This document shows, piece after piece, positions 6,296 through 7,197 of a stretch of 7,197 bases of DNA. Position numbers and translations under genes: made by a program. This DNA is from an uncultured archaeon (GTDB lineage: Archaea; Iainarchaeota; Iainarchaeia; Iainarchaeales; 0-14-0-20-30-16), in assembly GCA_964565125.1 (NCBI GenBank), contig CAZMCX010000038.1, forward strand, positions 1 through 7,197, read 5' to 3'. The notes under the pieces were generated by a model, which did no database searches, had not been told where the DNA came from, and was given only the letters and a program-made list of their open reading frames with translations. How positions within the stretch are numbered: position 1 is the first letter of the stretch; every line of letters starts with the position of its first letter.

Positions 6296-7015
6296 TTAAT
6301 CCCCTTTAATCAAACCTTTATCTAAAAAGCTTGTATAGTTATCATTTCCTATTATGATGTGATCTAATACCCTTAAACCAACCAAATCACAGGCTTTTAT
6401 TAACCTATTTGTTATTTCTATGTCTTCTTTTGTTGGTTCTGATTCCCCACTTGGGTGATTATGAACAAATATCAATGCTGAAGCGGATTCTCTAACCGCT
6501 TCCTTAATTACTTCTTTTGGGTCTACAATACTGCTACTTAAACTGCCCTCAGAAAGAGTTATGTCTTTGATAATCTTATTTCTTCCATCTAATAACATCA
6601 CTTTGAATATTTCTTTTTTAAAATCTCTCAAATAAGCCTTATAATAATCGACTACATCTTCGTTTGTTCTAATTCTTTTTCTAATCCCTGATTTTTGTCT
6701 TAGAAATCTTTTTCCTATTTCTAAAGCTGCCTTTATTTCAGCAGCTTTTAACATACCCACGCCCTTTATTTTGCATAACTCTGAAATACTGACAGAATCT
6801 AAATCTCTAAAACTACCAAATTCCATTTTTAATTTTCTAGCTAGATCAATGGCACTACTTTTTTCTTCACTTTTTCCTTCGCCAGTTCTTAAAATAATAG
6901 CCAATAGTTCAGTATCAGAGAGTTTATCCGGCCCATATTTTATCAAACGTTCTCTTGGTCTTTCATCTTCAGGCCACTCTTTAATTGTAGGTTTATATTT
7001 ACCTTCTTTTTTCAT
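6296..7015 (-). CDS. radC: RadC-family protein (COG2003; N-terminal helix-hairpin-helix region plus C-terminal JAB/MPN metalloenzyme domain)
   Basis: 239 aa. The N-terminus ERPRERL..G...LSDTELLAIILRTG....A..LARKL...FGS...L....ISELCKIKGVG..KA..IKAALEIGKR is the canonical full-length RadC N-terminus. The JAMM-type motif HNHPSG is encoded at 6446-6463, followed by EPTKEDIEITNRL and VLDHIII. AAGGAG lies 10 nt upstream of the ATG at 7015. Confidence 0.9.
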   Translation of the reverse strand: MKKEGKYKPTIKEWPEDERPRERLIKYGPDKLSDTELLAIILRTGEGKSEEKSSAIDLARKLKMEFGSFRDLDSVSISELCKIKGVGMLKAAEIKAALEIGKRFLRQKSGIRKRIRTNEDVVDYYKAYLRDFKKEIFKVMLLDGRNKIIKDITLSEGSLSSSIVDPKEVIKEAVRESASALIFVHNHPSGESEPTKEDIEITNRLIKACDLVGLRVLDHIIIGNDNYTSFLDKGLIKGD

Positions 7016-7151
7016 TTTTCTCTAACTCCTTTTCAACAAAAATCTCAAACTGTCTTGAAATAACCAATCCCTTCTTTTTACAGTATTCTTTATAAGAATT
7101 ATAGAGTTTTTCATCAACCTTTAGAGTTATATTTTTGCTTCCCATAGTCAT
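6999..7151 (-). CDS. small ribbon-helix-helix (CopG/Arc-like) DNA-binding protein; candidate operon controller or antitoxin-like regulator
   Basis: Not in the supplied ORF track, presumably because it is below the length cutoff. Hand translation from the ATG at 7151-7149 to the TAA at 7001-6999 gives 50 aa: MTMGSKNITLKVDEKLYNSYKEYCKKKGLVISRQFEIFVEKELEKNEKRR. The pattern is beta-strand (ITLKVD), helix, a Gly turn, then a second helix. This closely parallels CopG-type RHH proteins. It overlaps the radC start by 17 nt. No obvious SD is present, so the transcript may be leaderless or have a short leader. Confidence 0.6.
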   Translation of the reverse strand: MTMGSKNITLKVDEKLYNSYKEYCKKKGLVISRQFEIFVEKELEKNEKRR

Positions 7152-7160
7152 CTAATAATA

Positions 7161-7186
7161 AATATTTACACATCTTTATAAATATT
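7161..7186 (-). promoter_or_regulatory. candidate operator/promoter element upstream of the first gene of the cluster
   Basis: An 8-bp perfect inverted repeat, AATATTTA (7161-7168) and TAAATATT (7179-7186), is separated by 10 nt and lies 10-35 nt upstream of the RHH start. A palindromic TTTATAAA (7175-7182) overlaps the right arm and ends 23 nt upstream of the ATG. It could be a TATA-like or -10-like element. AT-rich palindromes of this size are not rare in such DNA, and the window ends at 7197, so the context is incomplete. Confidence 0.3.
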
Positions 7187-7197
7187 ACTGAAAGACG

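Noticed and set aside
1195-7025. Eleven plus-strand ORFs of 61-130 aa from the track (1195-1398, 1411-1803, 2095-2301, 2314-2511, 2738-2923, 3071-3400, 3971-4201, 4202-4405, 4502-4756, 5940-6227, 6771-7025)
   Set aside because: Each lies entirely antisense to a long minus-strand gene with recognisable motifs. Their Phe/Ser/Leu/Cys-rich, low-complexity translations are what the reverse complement of Lys/Glu/Ile-rich coding sequence produces. None has a convincing start context.
1-7197. Search for CRISPR repeats, tRNA/rRNA genes, transposase or integrase genes, and terminal inverted repeats marking a mobile element
   Set aside because: I saw no regularly spaced repeats, cloverleaf-compatible segments, T-loop (GTTCGAAT-type) motifs or recombinase-like ORFs. 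If the cluster is a mobile island, its boundaries are not in this window. The slightly higher G+C of the first ~70 nt is too short a sample to call a compositional boundary.

Overview
AT-rich (about 30% G+C by eye) prokaryotic window. The host taxon cannot be determined from the sequence. One tightly packed minus-strand cluster of seven genes (619-7151) fills almost all of it. In transcription order the genes are: (1) a 50-aa ribbon-helix-helix (RHH) protein that is missing from the supplied ORF track; (2) a full-length RadC/JAB protein; (3) a two-domain hypothetical protein with a nuclease-fold-like N-terminus and a DUF5655-like C-terminus; (4) an N6-adenine DNA methyltransferase with an N-terminal PD-(D/E)xK (HSDR_N-like) domain; (5) a two-TRD HsdS specificity subunit; (6) an XRE-HTH::ImmA/IrrE Zn-peptidase fusion; (7) a DUF4411 PIN-like protein. 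Every junction is an overlap or a gap of 3 nt or less, so the cluster reads as one operon. No HsdR-type helicase/translocase lies inside it. The locus therefore looks like either a BcgI-like (Type IIB) or an atypical R-less Type I-like RM core, with extra nuclease, peptidase and regulator genes attached. I think this composite defence locus is the most interesting object here. Downstream there is a 240-bp non-coding spacer (378-618) with a repeated TCGC-AAATTT motif and a possible strand-specific RNA helix. After that come a small hydrophobic ORF (111-377) and the last 22 codons of a convergent plus-strand gene at the left edge. I saw no rRNA, tRNA, CRISPR array, transposase or integrase. All family assignments rest on motif recognition by eye, not on database searches.
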